Shown here: one piece after another, positions 29,180 to 44,087 of the stretch
How the letters are laid out: each line of letters starts with the position of its first letter
Numbering within the stretch: the stretch's first letter is position 1
Source of the DNA: the human T2T-CHM13v2.0 reference genome, Homo sapiens
DNA length: 64,000 nt
Assembly: GCF_009914755.1 (NCBI RefSeq)
Contig: NC_060939.1
Direction: 5' to 3' (one strand)
The notes under the pieces: generated by a model
Seen by the model: the letters and a program-made list of their open reading frames with translations, nothing else
The model's database searches: none
What the model was told of the DNA's origin: nothing
Translations under genes and position numbers: made by a program

Positions 29180-30660
29180 CATTAAATAAAAAATTATTAA
29201 GCATTTATTAAGCATGAAGCACTATACTAGTCACCTGGTATACAGTGGTGAACAAAAGCAGTCATGATCTCTGTGCTGACAGATATTACAATCTATTAGA
29301 AATGGCAATCAAAACATTACTCAAAATAACTCTAAAACTGCAACAGTGATAAAATCTATGAAGGACAGGCACAGGTACCTTGACAACCAGACCAAGAGTT
29401 TGACTTTATCAGGGGAATGAGAAAAATGAGTCAAAAGCTGAAGGATGTCAAATTAACTGGATTAAGAGGGGGAAGGAAATGCATTCCAAGTAGAGAGAGA
29501 GAGTAGCTTGTAGCAGGAAGGAGCATGGAAAGGAGAAAATTGTCAAAGAAAGCCAGGTGGAGCAGAGAAAGCAAGAGGAAACAACGGTGAGAGTTGAGGC
29601 TAGTGAAGAAGACCAGGCAGAGCCTTTAAACCATGTTCAGTGTTGTCTATGTCCTACAGTAATAAGAAGCCATGAAGGTTTTTCTGTTTTGTTTTTTTGG
29701 TGGAGGGTGGAGGGTGGACTTGGGGAGGAAGAAAGGTAAGGAAGAGGCTAGGGAGATGAGGGCAAGAATGACTTGATCAGATTTACATGAGAAAGAATTA
29801 CTTCAGGTGCCATGTGGAGAAAAGATTGGAGGGAGAACTAAAGTGGATGTGGGTAAATGAGTTTCGAAAGTTATTAAAGTGATTCAAATGAGCTGTTGCA
29901 AAAACTTTGCATATTATGGTGGTGGCAGATGTGGAGAAAAGTGGTTAGATTTGAGGGATATTTATGAGGCAAAATTGACAGTAGTTGATGATGGACTAGA
30001 TAGGGGAGAGAATTGAGGTATAAAGGGTGAGTCCTAGATTTCTGACTATGCGTCTGAAAGGATGGTGATAGTGTTCACTTAAATAGAGAAAAAGCAAAAA
30101 GGACCACATTTATTGAGGGGAAATAGCGAGTTGATTTGGGACGTATTAAGTGTTGAGTTGCCATCGAATCCAATGGCATTGAATCCAAGAGACCATCATA
30201 GATACTGGTATGAAGCTCACAGAAGAGGTCCAAGCTGAGATGTAAATTTGAGGGTTATTTCGATCTAGGTAGTGATCTAAGTTGTGGGAGTAGAAGAGTT
30301 ATCCTCAGGAGTGAACAGTGGATGAGAAGAAGAATGTGTAGGTAGGTCCAAGTCTTGAGGAACGCTAACATGTATTTAATGATGGAGTAGAGGTAGATGA
30401 AGCTACATAGGAAACTGGAAAGAAATAATCAGGAAGTCGGGAAGAGAAAGTTTCCTAGAAACAGACAGTGTGCACAATAATGTCAATTACTGTTGGAGAG
30501 GTCAGGTAAGATGAGGACTAAAAATGTTCGATGAATTTAATCACATGGAAGACATTGTGAACTTTAGAGCTGTATTAGGGAAGTGGCAGTGCTGGAAACC
30601 AGACTGAAATGGATTGAAGTGGGTGAGAAAACAGTTAATTAGTCTAAGAAGTTATGTTGT
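29180..30660 (-). mobile_element. Probable L2 fragment
   Basis: L2 3'-end-like start (gcatttattaagca...) followed by a GA-rich body. Confidence 0.55.
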
Positions 30661-31719
30661 GAATAGAAGAATTCAGTGAGGGTTTTGGGTTTCTTTGGGG
30701 AACTTACAGACATACGCAGCAAATATTGGTTAATACAAGATAGTTTAATCACAAAATGAGTCACGTGTCAATAGAGTCCAGAAGAAAAAAGCAATCCCTG
30801 AAGTCTTGGGGTAGTAATAGTGGTGGCTACCATATTGATCTTACTATGTACGAAGCAGTCTTCAAAGCATGTGTGTATATCCTTAAAACAACTCTGTGAG
30901 ATAGAAGATATTATTGTTCCATTTTATATATAAAGAAACTGGGGCATAAACAGGTTAATGAAGTTATCCAAGGTCCTGCAGCTAGTAAATGACAGAACCA
31001 GGATTTGGACCTAGGTGGCCTGATCAGTCTAAGTTTGTGGTCTTCTCCATTCCTCAGTTTTTACCTCAGTGTCTGCAGTACTACCTCTGTCACATAATGT
31101 TACATAGTACCCAGGTTGGCTGCGTTACCATCTGGCATCCATCCATGACAAGGACTTCTGGGAGATCCAAAGATTAGGAACACTCAAATCTATAATCTGA
31201 ATGTGATTTATGTCTAAAGACCAGAGTTACTAATCATTTAACAATAAGCGAGAAAACAGCATGAATTCAAAAAGAAGAAAGTATGCCAAAATAGTTTGCT
31301 GGAGACTGTAAGTAAGATGAATAAGGACTTTGACAAAGTGGACTCAGGGGTAATATATTTTTTAAACTTTTCAGGTTTAGTAAATTTTACCTGAAATTTC
31401 CTTCCAGGTTAGAAAAAAAATCAATTACTTGAGGATATTATTTACTGAAGATCCGATTAACTGAGATCTATTGTAATGATGTTTTAAAAACTAGGATTTT
31501 TGATATATTTACTTTTCTCAAGATATTTAGTCACTGGATAGGACCTTATAAGAAATTCAGTTACCTCTTTCAAGTAGTTTATCAACTATTACCATTTTAA
31601 TATCTTCTCAGACTTTTCCAGTAAAAAAGAAAAAAAAGCCTTGACATTTTCCATACTTCATTGAAATAATTAGGAATAAAAGAACTTGTGAGGCTATGTT
31701 TCAAATTTATATATTTCAG

Positions 31720-31919
31720 GTCGGATTATTGTCCTTATGAAATAGTTAAACAGCCTCGCCATGTGCTAGAAGAATATAAACCAAAACAAGGGAAGATTGA
31801 TCTTGGTACTACCTACAAACGGGATTTGAATTCGTATAAAGTGCAGCCTGTGGCAATAGTCCGGCCTTTGGAGAGACAAGTTAAAAAAGGAAAATTGGAC
31901 ACTGTCCCAACCTATAAAG
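31720..31919 (+). CDS. SAXO2: SAXO2 coding exon 3
   Basis: 200 nt, TTTCAG/GTAACT bounded; SDYCPYEIVKQPRHVLEEYKPKQGKIDLGTTYKRDL...DTVPTYK; phase 2-1. Confidence 0.93.
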
Positions 31920-32595
31920 GTAACTTGCTGTTTCATACATGAAGGAGCCAAAAAACTAAAACTCACTTCCAGCTTTAACATCTAATATCAAATTATAACT
32001 TTGGTGTGCTGCCAAACTTAGCCTCCATGGCTTAGGAAAGAACATTTCTCTCTTTGGCAAAATAGTATTGTATAGTAACAAAAGAAAATAGGCCATTTGT
32101 CTGATTGAGTGGTAAAAGACCCACAATCCCATCCAAATTCATCTACTTTGTTAGTTTTCTGTCTCAAAACATGAAAAACAAAGGATGCCATTAAAGAAGC
32201 ATTATGTCACATTTGTCACTTTGTGTCACATTTAGTTGGCATTGTTCTTTTCTTCCCATCCTAGAAAAAGTTGAAACTCTACCGAGAGTATTGGGATCTT
32301 TGAGGTCAAATAAATAGCAATGCTTTTCTCCATTCAAGTCCTGAACCAACCTATAAAGCAAAAGAGTTGCCAGATGGAGAAGCAAAATACTGCTTTTACA
32401 CTGATAAAGGACAAAGTAGAGAATGAACTTTTCATCTGTAAGCAGACGCTTCCTGATACTGAACCTCAGAATTAGATAGGCTTATCTACCCCATGATAGA
32501 CAGTGCTAGACTACCACATAGGGGTCCTGCTCCTCTAAGAATTCTGGGATGGTGGAAGGGTGAGAATACTTTCTCTTTGCAGGCAACTGACTTAG

Positions 32596-32959
<364 letters not shown>

Positions 32960-33028
32960 CAAAAACCTGATTTTAAAATACTCTAGTACTTTTGAGGAAT
33001 GGGGTCTTTGTTTTTTAAACACAGGCTG

Positions 33029-33322
33029 TTTTTTTTTTTCAAGATGGAGTCCCACTCTGTTGCCCAGGCTGGAGTATAGTGGCGCAATCTTGGCTCACTG
33101 CAACCTCTGTCTCCTGGGTTCAAGCAAGTCTCCTGTCTCAGCCTCCTGAGTAGCTGGGATTACAGGCACCCGCCACCATGCCTAGCTAATTTTTGTACTT
33201 TTAGTAGAGATGGGGTTTCACCATGTTGGCCAGGCTGGTCTCAAACTCCTGACCTCAAGTGATGCACCCACTTCGGCCTCCCAAACTGCTGGGATTACAG
33301 ATGTGAGCCCCTGCACCTGGCC
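33029..33322 (-). mobile_element. Alu
   Basis: Full antisense Alu. Confidence 0.93.
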
Positions 33323-33846
33323 TAAAAATAGGCTATTTTAGGCCTATTTTGATTTTGATTTATGATAGTAGATATTACTTTTATATCTTTTTATTAATAA
33401 TGTAATTACATATATAGGATTACATTTTTCCATTGGTTATGTAAAATAGCTGAATGGATATGTCCTAATATAAAACACTTTTGTAAGAGTGATACCATCA
33501 ATAATCAAAGTAATGATTCATACTTTATTTAGGTAATAGTTAAATGCCTATTTTATCTTTAAATTTCACGCCTACCCATTCAACGAGTAAGTAAAGTGCA
33601 GGATATCAATATGCTTTCATCTATCAGCCTACCTATTAGGGAGGTCAAGAAAATGTTTTTTCTGTTTTTTAAATCTTTGAGCACATAACATACTACACAA
33701 AGAACAAATTGTGAAGACTATGTGAATGGTGAAGAAGTATATTATAATTAAATGTAGCATAGAGTAATTGCTGATAAATAGATTGATATGCGTAGGAGAA
33801 AATGTACTGTGCCAAATTTGGCATAAATAATAATTGATGAAAATGA

Positions 33847-34152
<306 letters not shown>

Positions 34153-34574
34153 TCTTATACAATCACAGTAAGATTTTCTTTTTTTCTACAAGATCCATAA
34201 GAAAAATACCAGTAATACTGTTGTCCCCGATGCTGGGAACATGTACACACAATACACGCACACACTTATACCAACACTACTAGCTTTCCATGACCTGGGT
34301 TTCCTGTAGATTCTGATACTTCCACTCCTATGGTTGTAGTTCAAGGATAAAGAATTTTGAGTTCCTCTGGCATTCTCACTACTGAACTTTCTTAGTCAAC
34401 AAAGGTGATATTTTGTATTTCAGATTTTCAGGCATGAGACAACAAAAACACTAAGAGCCAAGGTTGTACTTCCACACTCTGTATGAATGTGCTGCAGGTT
34501 TTGTAGATAACCTATTTAAAAACAATTCTACAGCTGAAGAGAAGCCACAATGGGAAGATACTCTCACTGTCCTC

Positions 34575-34835
34575 CTTTGGGAGGCCAAGGCGGGTGAATC
34601 ACAAGGTCAGGAGTTTGAGACCAGCCTGGCCAACATGGCGAAACCCCATCTCTACTAAAAATACAAAACATTAGCTAGGCATGATGATGGGTGCCTGTAA
34701 TCCCAGCTACTCAGGAGGCTGAGGCAGGAGAATATCTTGAACCCGGGAGGTGGAGTTGCAGTGAGCCAAGATTGCACCACTGCACTCCAGCCTGGGCAAC
34801 AGTGCGTGACTCTGTCTCAAAAAAAAAAAAAAAAA
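34575..34835 (+). mobile_element. 5'-truncated Alu abutting L1
   Basis: Begins at CTTTGGGAGGCC; poly-A runs into L1 sequence. Confidence 0.9.
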
Positions 34836-35397
34836 GTATTTGAAATAAATAAAAATAGAGACACAACATACCAAAACTTCTGGGATGTGGCAAAAGCAGG
34901 GTTAAGAGGAAAGTTTATAATGCTAAATGCCTACATCAAAAAGATAGAAATATCTCAAATTAACAACCTAACATTGCAACCAAAAGTACTAGCAAAATAA
35001 GAACAAACTAAACCCAAAGCTAGCAGAAGAAATAATTAAAGTCAGAGCAGAACTGAATGAAATTGAGACCCTCAAAACCATGCAAAGGATCAATGAAGCA
35101 AAAAGTTCATTTTTTGAAAAGATAAGATTGATAGACCACTAGCTAGATTAACAAAAAAAGACATCCAAATAAGCACAATCAAAAATCACAAAAGTGACAT
35201 CACAATTGATCCCACAGAAATACAGAAGATCCTCAGAGAATATTATGAACTTCTCTAGGTACACAAATTAGAAAGTCTAGAGGAAATGGATAAATTCGGA
35301 AACACAAATTCCCAAGATTGAACTAGGAAGAAACAGAAATCCTGAACAGATCAATAATGAGTAAGGAAATTGAATCAGTAGTAAGAAACCTATCAAC

Positions 35398-35430
<33 letters not shown>

Positions 35431-36808
35431 CCCCAGACCAAATGGGTTCACAGCTGAATTCTACCAGACATAGAAAGAACAGCTGGTACCAATCCTAGTG
35501 AAAGTATTCCAAAAATTGAGGAAGAAGGACTCCTCCCTGACTCATTCTGTGAAACTAGTATGATCCTGATAACCAAAATCTGACAAAAACACAAAAAGAA
35601 AAAGAAAACTACAGACCATGGTCCCTGAACACAGATGCAAAAATCCTCAAAAAATACTAGCACACTAAATCCAGCAGCACATCAAAAAGTTAATTCACCA
35701 CAGTCAAGTGGGTTTTATTCCTGGTATGCAAGGATGGTCCAACATATGCAAATCAATAAATGTGATTCACCACATAAACAGAGTTAAAGACAAAAATCAT
35801 ATGATCATCTCAGTAGATGCAGAAAAAGCATTTAATAAAATCCAACATCACTTCATGATAAAAACTCTCAACAAACTAGGCATTGAAGGAACATAACTCA
35901 AAATAGTAAGAGCCATCTATGACAAACCCACAGCCAACATCATACTGAATGGACAAAAAACCGGAAGCATTCCCTTTGAGAACTGGAACAAGACAAGGAT
36001 GCCCACTGTTATCACTCATATTTAACATAATCAAGCAAGAGAAAGAAAAGGCATCCAAATAGGAAAAAAGGAAGTCGAATTATGTCTCTTCGCTGACAAT
36101 GTAATTTATACATGGGAAACCCTAAAGATTCTGCCAAAAGACTCCTGGACCTAATAAATGACTTCAGCAAAGTCTCAGCATACAAAATCAATGCACAAAA
36201 ATCAGTAGCATTTCTATACACCAATAATCTTCAAGCTGAGAATCAAATCAAGAACATAATCCCATTTATAATAGCCATACACACTCACAGTACCTGGGCA
36301 TACATCTAATGAAGGAGGTGAAAGATCTCTACATGGAGAAGGAAACCATAGACTACACAAATGAAAAAGCATTCTATGATCATGGATAGGAAGATTCAAT
36401 ATCATTAAAATGTCATACTACACAAAGCAATCTGCACATTACCAATATCATTTTTTTGCAGAATTAGAGAAAAACTATTCTAAAATTTATATAGAACCCA
36501 AAAAGAGCCTGAATAGCCAAGGCAATCCTAAACAAAAAGAATAAAACCAGAGGCATTACATCTCCTGACTTCAAACTATACTACAAAGTTACAGTAACCA
36601 AAACAGCATGGTACTGGTACAAAAATAGACACATAGACCAATGGAACAGAATGGAGACCCCTGAAATTAAGCCAGACACCTAGAACCACCTGATTGTCCA
36701 CAAAATTGGCAAAAATAAACAGTGGGGAAATTGTTTATCCCTATTCCATAAATGATGCTGGAAAAACTGGCTAACCATATGCAGAAGGATGAAACCATAT
36801 GCAGAAGG
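34836..36808 (+). mobile_element. L1 ORF2 fragment (RT region, degenerate)
   Basis: ORF 35708..35896 [24 protein letters not shown]...[13 protein letters not shown] is L1 ORF2 RT; frameshifted and with internal deletions. Confidence 0.92.
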
Positions 36809-36809
36809 T

Positions 36810-39330
36810 GCAAGAAGGATCTAGAATTTTAAAGCCAGCAAATCTGAAAACTGTGTATCTAGTAAAAATAGCCTTTAAAAATTAAAGCAAATTAACAATG
36901 TTTTCAGACAAAAAAAGAAAAAGCTGAGATACCTTCTACAAAAAGCATTAAAGGAAATTCTTCAGTTAAAAGGAAACTTATTCCAGATAGAAGCATGAAA
37001 TGCAGGAAGGGATGAAGCACACAGAAAGGGTACATATGTGGGTAAATATGAAAGAATATTGACAAAGTCAAAATTACTATATTACGTTTTTACACAAATA
37101 TAAAAGTAAATTATGTTAGAACAGTAGTACAAAAGGCAAGAGGATTTAAATAGAATTAAATTGCTTACAGGTTCTTCCATGCTAGAAGTGGTAAAAATAT
37201 CCATTTAAGTTGGAGCCAGAAAAATCTCATAATAAGTCAAAAATTCATTTTTATTTTTAAAATATAGAAAGTTAAAATAGTAAAGTGGAATAATACAAAT
37301 GCCATTTATTAATACAAAAGAAGGCAAGAAATAAGGGGTATGGGAACAAAGAAGGGAAAAGTCAAAAGCAAATAGCAATACAATCAACTTAAGCCCAGCT
37401 AGATCATTGCATTAAGTGTAAATGAACAAAATATTGTGATTAAAATTCAAAGATTGATTTTTCACACATTAAAAAGATATTATTTTAAAAAATATGCCAA
37501 TAATTTACAACTTACATAAAATGGATAAATTTTTTGAAAAATACAATTTACCAAAAGTAACCCAAGAAGAAATAAAAAGTCAAAATAGCCCTATATCTAT
37601 AAAGGAAATTGAATTTGTAGAATTGAAGGTGTAATTTTAAACCTCACCATAAAGAAATCCAGAATATTCAGATTCTGTGTAGGATGCAGAAGGCTAGAAA
37701 GATTATGTTGCCAACATAACAATAAGAAAAAGCCAGATAATCTACAAAATCATAAATGTTTATGAATCCTTTAGAAAGCTGAGATCACAGGTTAACCAAT
37801 TAGCCTGACATCTGAGGAGAAACAACTTCCACCCAGTTGAGACAGGAGGCAAGCACTGTTTCACCCAAAGCAGGGCATGGAATGAAGACTAGCTGTTACA
37901 CAAGTGAATAAAATAATTCATTACATCTTTAATTGCTAAAGACTTGAGTATGAGCTACTGCGAGAGTATAGAAGCTCTGAGAACTTCAGACACTAAAGGG
38001 AGAGTTCAAAACCACTCATAGACTCTTCCCTATGGATGTTCACTGTGTGATCATGAGAAAGATTGGGAGAAAGGCTGGAGACCACAGAAAGTTTCCTTCA
38101 TAGTGCGGGCATGGAGAGAAAAATGGTTGTTTTTGCAAAAGAAAAAAAAAAGCAGGAAGCTCCATTTGAATGCCTCTAACCTACAGAGCAAAAGCATTAA
38201 TCCACTGCAGGAAAGGCACCACTCTGACAACCCCAAGGAATAGGTGAAGATGTATTGCAACTTGATGAAAGACAAAGGAAAAACAAGAAGAAGAAGCAAA
38301 ATAAAACCAAACCTTGAACATGAAGAAAGAACAGGAAACTGTCTTGGGACCAACAATTAGAGACCTACTACATCAAGTGAAAGGGCAGGTGCTCTGAGAG
38401 AGCCCTGCTTCTGAGACCCAGGGGCACAGGGCCTGCCTAAGATTGAAGCTGGACTGGGACAACAGAGAAACCACCACACACCCGCTTTCCATTTCTCAAA
38501 CACAAGATCCTAAGCTTCAAATATACAAAGCAGCAAGAATTTATAGTACTAACATAAGAAATGTGAAAATATGCATTTGTAGTTGGAGACTTCAACACTG
38601 TCTCTAAGTAATCTATAGAACGTAGACAGGAAATGAATATGGATATAAAGACCTGAACGACACTATCAACAATGTTGTCCAAATTGACATTTGTAAAGCA
38701 CTTCTGTCAACAATAACAGAATATACATTCTTTTCAAGTGCACTTGAAAGCTTCATCCAGATAAACTATATTCAGAGTCATAAAAAAAACCTTAACAAAT
38801 ATAAAAGACTTGCAGTCGTGCAATGTATGTTTTTGATCATAACAGAATTAAATTAGACATCAATAATAGAAAAAAATGTGGAAAATCTCCAAATATTTGG
38901 AAATTAAACAGCAAAATCCTAAATAACTAATGGCTTTAAGCAAAAGTAACAAAAGAAATTAGAAAATATTTTGAATTTAATGAAAATGAAAATATAGTAC
39001 ATCAAAATCTGAGAGATGCATCTAAAGCAATGCTTTTCAGAAAATTTATAGCATTTAAGGTTCATATTAGAAAAGAAAGTCTTAAATCAATAGTCTAAAC
39101 CTTCATTGCATGAAACTAGAAAAATAAGAGCAAATTAAATCCAAAGCAAAGCAGAAGGAAATAAATGAGGATAACAGCAGCAATCAATAAATTTGAAAAC
39201 AGAAAAATAATAGAGAAAAACAATGAAACCAAAAATTGGTTCTATTAAAAGATAATGAAGTTAATAAATGAAAAGAGAGAAGACACCAATTACAAATATC
39301 AAGAATGAAAGAGAATAGACCTTATAGACG
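36810..39330 (+). mobile_element. Mosaic of older L1M fragments
   Basis: A-rich; EN-like motifs (gttggagacttcaacac, ggaaattaaaca). Confidence 0.7.
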
Positions 39331-42240
39331 TTTATTTTACATTGTGGCCTCTTCTTTTTTCTTTTTCTTATTTTTGACAATTTTATCAGGTTGCCATTCA
39401 TTCCATATTTGCTTCAAGAAGGAAGACATTAATATTTAGAAGGTAATATCAACAGTATTTGAAAACCACTTGAAAAGGAGAGAAGGAAATGAGGGAGAGA
39501 AAGTCAATTAAACAGAACCTTAGCCTGAGATGCCAAATTCATAATAGAAACTTTGTTGATATGTTATTTTCTGGGGAATGTGAGTCTGAGTGAGATAATT
39601 AATTGGGGCATGCTAAGTTTTCATTTATCTGAGGGACATCCAAATAAAGATGTCTAGTAGGTGGATAAATATGTGGGTTGGTGTTTGAAGGGAGGTCTGA
39701 AGTAGGGATTCAAGTTTGGGAGTCACCACCTTACAGGTAGTATTAAAACCATGGGAGTAGATTGGTGATATGTAGATTGAAAAAGCTGAGGCCGAGGATG
39801 ATGTCCCCTTACTTTCTAAAAGTAGTTTCCAATTCCTCGGTACCACAAGACACCACAGGGAGCAGTCCCAAGTACCAGGAAAAAGAACTAGCATAAGCAA
39901 CTCAAGACTTTTGTCCTCAAAGAAGAACCTAGAACAGCTCACTATATTAAAATGGGGTTGGAGCTGTGTATACAAATAGTGGGCAAGTGCATGCAGGCAC
40001 TTCTTGGACTTAAACCTGTTCAGAAGAGAATAAACTTTCTAACCAGATTTTAGTGGCTAGACATAAAAAGTGAGCTGAGGAAACATCTAACAAGGGCGAT
40101 AGTGGAGCTGCCACATAACCAAACTGTATTGTTAGACATGGACAGCATTGTTTTCTTGTTTTTCCATAAGTATCATAAAACACTAAAAACAGATGATAAT
40201 GATTATGATGTTTTAAAGATACTGCTAGAATGTTATCAAATATTCCATAACAGATAATAAATATTCCAGGCATATGAGCATAGGCATATTTATAGGGAGA
40301 AAATCAATTTTCTGCAATTATGTAGAACTTACATTCATACTATTGTATGCTATCACATCCATCTCTCAGTGTCCAAATTCTTGCTTCCATTTTGAAAACC
40401 AAAGCTGGTTTGGTGAGGGAGAAATATTCTCTTCTGTTTACTCTCTTATAATGAAAATCTTTTTTCTCTTGTGTGGTAGCAAGAATTCTCCCTATATGAT
40501 TGTGTGGAACTATAAACCTTCAATAACATCTATGATTCCTTTTAGCTAGTGAAAAATAGTGTTATACTTTTATACTGTAGTTTGCAAAGAAGAGAGATTC
40601 CCTCATGGTACCTCAAGAAAAAAAAAAGACTCTGGTAAAGCTTCATGTGAACTGAAAATGGAAAGCTATCAGGTGCCCAGGGAGCTTGAAGGAAGAGCTT
40701 TTCCCTTCATCTCTGCAATAAGCTACATGATTTCTCTCACAGCATCTTCACTTCCCTTCACTCATCTGCTCTGATTGCCACTTTACTAACTGGCCACCTC
40801 TGCCTAGTTATCATTTCTGTTTCTTTACAGGTCTATTTTGAATGTAACTTCAGCTTTCCATAGCTCTTAGCTTTACCTCCTGGCATCCTTTTCAATTCTC
40901 CCATTTCTATCTCACTCATTATTTTCAATTTTAGGTTTACAAGAATAACAATGCTTGATCTAGCTCATCTTTTCTGTCAGTTTGTCTTAAAGGTCTCTGC
41001 TGGCCTAAAGGTCACCTATTCTTGAGTCAGGTACACGCTCTCATCCAGACATCAGTAACTTAATCATTTAGTCCAATACTTGGCCATTTTGGCAGAAATG
41101 GATACGCATTTTTTCTCTTCAAAGAAGATATCCACATAATAAGTTTTCAAAGTTTGACCTTTCCTGTAAATATTGCATAGACTTTAGTCCAGATTTTAGT
41201 ACATTATCCTGTGTAATAAATTTCTATCTTTTATAAATTAACTTTTGGTATTTAGAAATACATATTTTGGGGTGAAGTCAATTCTATGGTATTTCCTAGC
41301 TTACTATCTTCCTCATGGAGAAATAGAAAACACAAATAATCCTTAGTTGAAATATAAACATTTCAGTTTTAGTGAAGTGTACTATCACCAACTTGTAATG
41401 GTGTTACAAGTCATCATTCTGCATACACCAGAGTGACCCAAAATGCTCCACAGTCTAGGTAAACTGCAGGAGTAAGCTTAAGGTTATTTAACTTCCAAAC
41501 CCCAGATCTCTGCTCTGATGGTCACTTGAAATTCTACAATTTCAAACACCTCTGAAGACATTCAGTTAAGGCCTCTGGCCTCTAGATGGCCCTCTATCTT
41601 TTGGGAATGCCTTAAAGTCCATTTCATGAGGGAAAGTTGAAGCCAGTGATCTTTCTGGGATAGCACAAGTTACCCTGTATCTTTGCTCAAGGAATTCTTT
41701 CTGTAGGCTTCCTAGAGTATACCAGAATTAAATTTTTCTCCCCTTTGATGAGTCTCTCCAAAGCAAGGAGTAATACCTGTATTACTTTTGCCCACCCATG
41801 AAGGGCACTTGATTTTATTTCAAGCCCTGGCTTTTAGACGTACCTTAGCATTTTGTGAGTTGTAATTAAAATCCCAACCTCTTCCTAGGAATACAACCAT
41901 AATCTCCTAAACTCTGTCCTCACCTCCAACACAGTCCTTTTGGCTTTCAAGAACTATCCACAATCAGGCTCAGATGTGCTTTTCCTTTGTTATGTAATCA
42001 GATGAATCTGAAAGTGGAAAGTTACATGTATTAAAGTGAGGAGATGGGTAGAGGAAGGTGGAAATGAAGAAAAAGAACGAATCTGAAAGGAATCAGAGAA
42101 ACTGTATTCTGATACTATTGTTTAGATTTCTAAAGGAAATGGAAAGATGTTTGGCAATGAGAGAAGTCAGTTATGATTTTTAGAAGATGGTTGTTTTCTT
42201 CAGCATTTAAAAATGTTTTTGCTTTGTTTTAATTTTCAAG

Positions 42241-43184
42241 ACGATTATAGAGCTTGGGACCTTCATAAAAGTGAACTTTATAAGCCAGAACAAACTTACC
42301 ACCCGCCTACTGTGAAATTTGGAAATTCAACTACATTTCAGGATGATTTTGTTCCTCAGGAGATAAAGCCTAGGCAAAGCTTTAAACCCTCCTCTGTGGT
42401 CAAACGTTCTACAGCCCCTTTTAATGGTATTACAAGTCATCGCCTTGATTATATACCTCATCAGCTTGAACTCAAGTTTGAAAGGCCAAAAGAAGTTTAC
42501 AAACCAACTGACCAACGCTTTGAGGATCTCACAACTCACCGGTGTGACTTTCAGGGTCTCATTGGTGAAACTGCAAAACTCTGCAGACCTGTACACACCA
42601 GAGTGACCCAGAATGCTCTGTTTGAAGGAAGCACTGAATTCCGTGAAAGTTTTCAACCATGGGAAATCCCACCACCTGAGGTCAAGAAAGTACCAGAGTA
42701 TGTGCCTCCTACAGGTAGCATGCTGTTAAACAGCACAAGCCATCTTGACTATGTTCCATATCAGGCCAACCATGTTGTTCCCATCAGGCCAGTTTCTCAA
42801 AAAAGAAGTAACAATTTTCCTTTCCAAGGAAAAAGCATCATGAAAGAAGATTTTCCAGCATGGGAAAGTTGTCGTCAAGGACTTATTAAGAAGCAGCAGC
42901 AGATTCCCAACCCATCTGGAAAATTTGATGGTTTGAGCACTTTCAGATCTCACTATGTGCCACATGAATTGATCCCAACAGAGAGTTGCAAACCTTTAAA
43001 TATTGCTTTTAAGAGTTCTGTTCCATTTGATGATGTAACCATGTACTCTGTAGAGTACACACCGAAAAGACAGGAAATTTGCCCAGCCAGCTATCCCTCT
43101 CCTCCAGGTTATATTTTCGACAATACAAATTCCCAAGGTCATAAATTCTTCCGCAAGATTATTCCTGCAGTGAAGGCCTTCTAA
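42241..43184 (+). CDS. SAXO2: SAXO2 terminal coding exon (Mn/STOP-like repeats)
   Basis: Acceptor TTTTCAAG ending 42240; DDYRAWDLHK...RKIIPAVKAF-stop. The spliced CDS 53+180+200+944 = 1377 nt = 458 aa plus stop, with ~33-34-aa periodic T/S-x-x-x-x-D-Y/F modules. Confidence 0.96.
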
Positions 43185-43789
43185 TAACCAAAATGTGCTT
43201 AAAAGGAAGGTACTAGCAAGTTGTTGTTTTTCCAAGAGAAAACTCAATTTTTATAGTTAAAAAATTTATGATATAATCATTTTTTATATTTTTAAACAAG
43301 AAAATTGGAAAATATATTATAAGAAATCAGAATCTTAAAACCATTTTTTATTGATATTTTAATCAAGATTGTTCTTTAATGTGCATTTCAGAAGGTTGAA
43401 TAATATGCATTCCCATGAGAACTATTTTAGTATTCAACATACTGCTTAGTAGCTTGTCCCCAGTCTATTATCATTTGTAATTCTGTTTATAATTATGGCA
43501 ATTGTATGGTTATTCACATACCATTTGTCATTTATCAAGCACATCAGGATTATCTAGAACAACATTGAAAATGATACATGGATTCCTCTTCCAAGGCAAC
43601 AGGATTCATTATACTCAGACTTCACGGCATCTACATAGCATCCACTGAATCAAGTTTTGGTTGGTGGTATACAGACTGCTGCACTGCTCCTCACCATGTT
43701 CAAGTTAGCAAGAGGCACTGTGGTGTGGCAAGGAAAGGCTCTGTGTGCTGGGAATCGAAGGACTTGAGTTCAAGTTCTGACTAATAATT

Positions 43790-44087
43790 ATTATTATTTT
43801 TAGAGACAGGGTCTCACTGTCACCCGTGCTGGAGTCCAGTGGCATAATCACAGCTTACTGCAGCCTCAGCCTCCTGAGCTCAAGTGATCCTCCTGCCTCA
43901 GCCTCCCAAATAGCTGGGACTACAAGGGTGTGCCACCACACCTGGCTATTTTTTTTAAACATACTTTGTAGAGACAGGTTCTTGCTGTATTAGTCAGGCT
44001 GTTCAATCTATTGGCCAGGCTGCTATTGAATCCCACCTTGGCTTCCCAAAGCACTGGGATTACAGGCATGAGCCACTATACCCAACC
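43790..44087 (-). mobile_element. Alu (J-like) in the SAXO2 3' UTR
   Basis: Antisense Alu flanked by GAGTT(C/T)AAGTTCT. Confidence 0.88.

Noticed and set aside
35708-36309. Reverse-transcriptase-like peptides
   Set aside because: Decayed L1 ORF2 with stops, frameshifts and deletions; not a new RT system.
42213-42240. ORF-track N-terminus MFLLCFNFQ
   Set aside because: It is the polypyrimidine tract and acceptor of intron 3; the true exon starts at 42241.
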